Assembly (NCBI GenBank): GCA_964614535.1
Contig: CAZTOZ010000018.1
Span: forward strand, 15,393-79,392
Length of the DNA stretch: 64,000 bases
Reading direction: 5' to 3'
Source: an uncultured Thiotrichales bacterium
GTDB taxonomy: Bacteria > Pseudomonadota > Gammaproteobacteria > UWMA-0217
Both the position numbers and the translations under genes were made by a program. The notes below the pieces were generated by a model. It was not told the DNA's origin. It searched no databases and worked only from the letters and a program-made list of their open reading frames with translations. Positions 62,011 to 64,000 of this stretch are shown here, piece by piece. Each line of letters opens with the position of its first letter. Position 1 is the first letter of the stretch.

Positions 62011-63315
62011 TTATGCCGACTGACGCACCCAATCGGCCAGTGTCCAACCCTCCATTCCCTGCTGAACCGTGCCGTCCAACCGTTGCAACAGCATCGATAC
62101 CGCCGGATGCTCCGCTTCGGCGGCCTCGGCCTCGCGCCAGCCATGCAGCAGCGCCACGACTTCGGCCAGGGCGATCCGCTCCGGAGCCCGGGCGGGCACG
62201 AAGCGCGGCGGATCATCGGCAGTACGCAGGACGATGCCCTGCTCGATCAGCGGCGACAACCAGCGCAGCAGAAGCTCCTCGCCGACACCACTGTGGCGAG
62301 ACAGCGACTGGATGCTGGCCCCGCCATGGTCTGCGTAGAAGCGGTCGACGATGCGAAACAGCAGATCGAGCAGGCGTCGTGGAGAGCGGTCTGCGCTCAG
62401 CGCCCCGGCGCGCATGCTGGCCGGGTGTTCGAGGTAGTAGACGAAGCGGGAGCCGAGCAACAACACCAGCCAGCTCAGGTGCAGCCAGATCATGAACAGC
62501 AGGGCCGACGCGAAGGCCGAGTAGATCGCCGTGTATTTGGCGGAGCCGACGACCACCGTGGCAAACACCCACCCCAGCAGCTTCCACAGCAGGGCCGCCA
62601 GCAAGCCACCCGCCAGGGCACTGTACCAGTGGACCCGCTTGCCAGGCAGGATCCAGTAGATCAACGACAGCATGACGACGACCATCAGCAACGGCATCCA
62701 ACGCAGCAACAGGGCGTAGGCACTGCCGATCAGGTGGACCTGCAACAGACTGTGGACCCACGGGATCTCCACGACGCTGGAAACGGCCCCGGCGATGGAG
62801 AACAAAACCAATGGCCCCAGCATGATCATCAACATGTAGATGCCGAGCCGCTGGATGAAGCTGCGCTCGCCACGACCGTTCCAGGTGAAATCGATCGCCT
62901 TGATCATTTTGTGGATCAGCGAGCTGACGGTGTAGAGCAGCACGCCGAGACCCACGGACCCCAGCACGCCGACCTTGATGTTGCTGACGAAGGCCATGAT
63001 CTGCCGGGTTACCCGCACACCCTCCTCTCCGAGCGGCGCGAGCAGGTTGAGCAGCAGGGGTTCGACTTGGTTGTGCACCCCGAACCCCTTGAGTAGCGCG
63101 AAACTGAAAGCCAGCAACGGCACCAGGGAGAGTAGCGTGGTGTAGACGAGACTCATCGAACGCAGCCCGATCTCGCCGGAGAGAATGTCGCGCGCCAGCG
63201 CACAGAGGCAGCGGATCGCCCACACCAGCGGCCTCGACCACCAGCGGTAGGCGGACAGTGGCCAATGCCACAGCTCCCGTCGAAGCCGCTCGACCCAGGC
63301 AAACAGGTGTTTCAT
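62011..63315 (-). CDS. YihY/BrkB family inner membrane protein with C-terminal cytoplasmic extension
   Basis: Six TM helices are present, with a YihY-type N-terminus (LSMSLVYTTLLSLVPLLAFSFAL). Confidence 0.8.
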   Translation of the reverse strand: MKHLFAWVERLRRELWHWPLSAYRWWSRPLVWAIRCLCALARDILSGEIGLRSMSLVYTTLLSLVPLLAFSFALLKGFGVHNQVEPLLLNLLAPLGEEGVRVTRQIMAFVSNIKVGVLGSVGLGVLLYTVSSLIHKMIKAIDFTWNGRGERSFIQRLGIYMLMIMLGPLVLFSIAGAVSSVVEIPWVHSLLQVHLIGSAYALLLRWMPLLMVVVMLSLIYWILPGKRVHWYSALAGGLLAALLWKLLGWVFATVVVGSAKYTAIYSAFASALLFMIWLHLSWLVLLLGSRFVYYLEHPASMRAGALSADRSPRRLLDLLFRIVDRFYADHGGASIQSLSRHSGVGEELLLRWLSPLIEQGIVLRTADDPPRFVPARAPERIALAEVVALLHGWREAEAAEAEHPAVSMLLQRLDGTVQQGMEGWTLADWVRQSA

Positions 63316-63432
63316 AAACGCAACACCTTGTTAAATGCATCACATTTCATGGCAGATCGCTGTGGCATTATCCATACATGCTATACTAGGGTCATTACTT
63401 AAAGGATAGATAAGCAACAGTTTGGTGTCGTT

Positions 63433-63747
63433 ATGATGAAAAAACCGCAAAATATCATCGAGTCGGGAACGGCGCTGGCGGTCGAGCAGAAGGAGTGCTG
63501 GATCCCCAACAAAATGTTCCTGGCCCTCTACATCACCGGGATCGCCGGGATGATTCTGCTCAGCCTGTCAGGTACGCTCGATCCGAAAGCATCCACCGGG
63601 CTGATGACCCTGACCATCGTCTACGGCCTGTTCGGCAGCCTGATGTTCTTCAAGAAGATCTCGATCGTCCGCTGCCCGTCGAAAGTGCTGCTGGGCGCTG
63701 CCGTCTTTATCGGCATCACCGCCTTTATCGACAAGTACTACATCTGA
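63433..63747 (+). CDS. Hypothetical small membrane protein (104 aa)
   Basis: Three predicted TM segments are present. An AT-rich upstream region contains a TATACT -10-like hexamer. The gene is followed by a stem-loop terminator. Confidence 0.45.
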   Translation: MMKKPQNIIESGTALAVEQKECWIPNKMFLALYITGIAGMILLSLSGTLDPKASTGLMTLTIVYGLFGSLMFFKKISIVRCPSKVLLGAAVFIGITAFIDKYYI

Positions 63748-63827
63748 TCCGAACGCTATCCTGATACCAACCCCTGTTCCTTCCTCTCCGGTATCAGGCA
63801 ACAGCGATGCAGCTGGTGCAAGCTGTG

Positions 63828-63857
63828 GGCTGGCCCTCGGGCCAGCCTTTTTTGTTT
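63828..63857 (+). terminator. Rho-independent terminator candidate
   Basis: A GGCTGGCC stem, CTCG loop and GGCCAGCC stem are followed by a TTTTTTGTTT tract. Confidence 0.45.
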
Positions 63858-63877
63858 GCGCACGGCGCGCACGCTGT

Positions 63878-64000
63878 CATGGCAACTGCTCGGGCTGCAT
63901 GATGATCGGCCCGTCGGGGTGATCGAGATGAATGGCCTTGACCATGGCGCCCTGCATGGCGACGCTGCCACGCCGCCGGTGCTGCCCATCGACGGTGAAT
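63878..64000 (-). CDS. Partial CDS (C-terminal 40 aa), function unknown
   Basis: An open frame runs in from the window edge, ending ...VKAIHLDHPDGPIIMQPEQLP*. Confidence 0.3.

Overview
This 64 kb window is about 67% GC and is densely packed with conserved housekeeping genes, in an organization typical of Gammaproteobacteria. Gene order in places resembles Xanthomonadales/Chromatiales-like genomes, but no species assignment is made.

Genes, from start to end:
- glcE (partial) and glcF, followed by a cupin-like ORF.
- Two paralogous KefB-type K+/H+ antiporters, one at each end of the core region.
- The fully conserved yrbG-kdsD-kdsC-lptC-lptA-lptB-rpoN-hpf-ptsN-hprK-rapZ-EIIA(Man)-HPr block, then mgtE.
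- dcd, apbC, ptsP-rppH, a HAD hydrolase, thiD and thiE.
- rlmB and rnr, then tRNA-Leu(CAG).
- A tight minus-strand string lipA-DUF218-sbcD-sbcC.
- A TusE/DsrC-family gene, a NUDIX hydrolase and a CAP-domain lipoprotein.
- A murL-like plus murD2-like gene pair.
- A low-GC GNAT gene, then moeB and pdxA-surA-lptD.
- mrdA-rodA-mltB-rlpA-dacC-ybeD-lipB.
- tpm, gshA, an ABC exporter with small neighbouring ORFs, and a TraB/GumN gene.
- An FHA-domain protein and a YihY/BrkB membrane protein.

No CRISPR arrays, transposases, integrases or rRNA genes were seen.

Observations most worth a second look:
- The overlapping PP-loop ORF plus MurD-family ligase (murL/murD2-like), which suggests an alternative D-glutamate route for peptidoglycan.
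- A TusE/DsrC homolog lacking the canonical C-terminal cysteines.
- A roughly 0.55 kb low-GC GNAT islet.
- A permease-less regulatory PTS with a short HprK.
- Several uncharacterized membrane or exported ORF clusters near the 3' end.

All coordinates come from the supplied ORF track plus manual start refinement. No database searches were possible.
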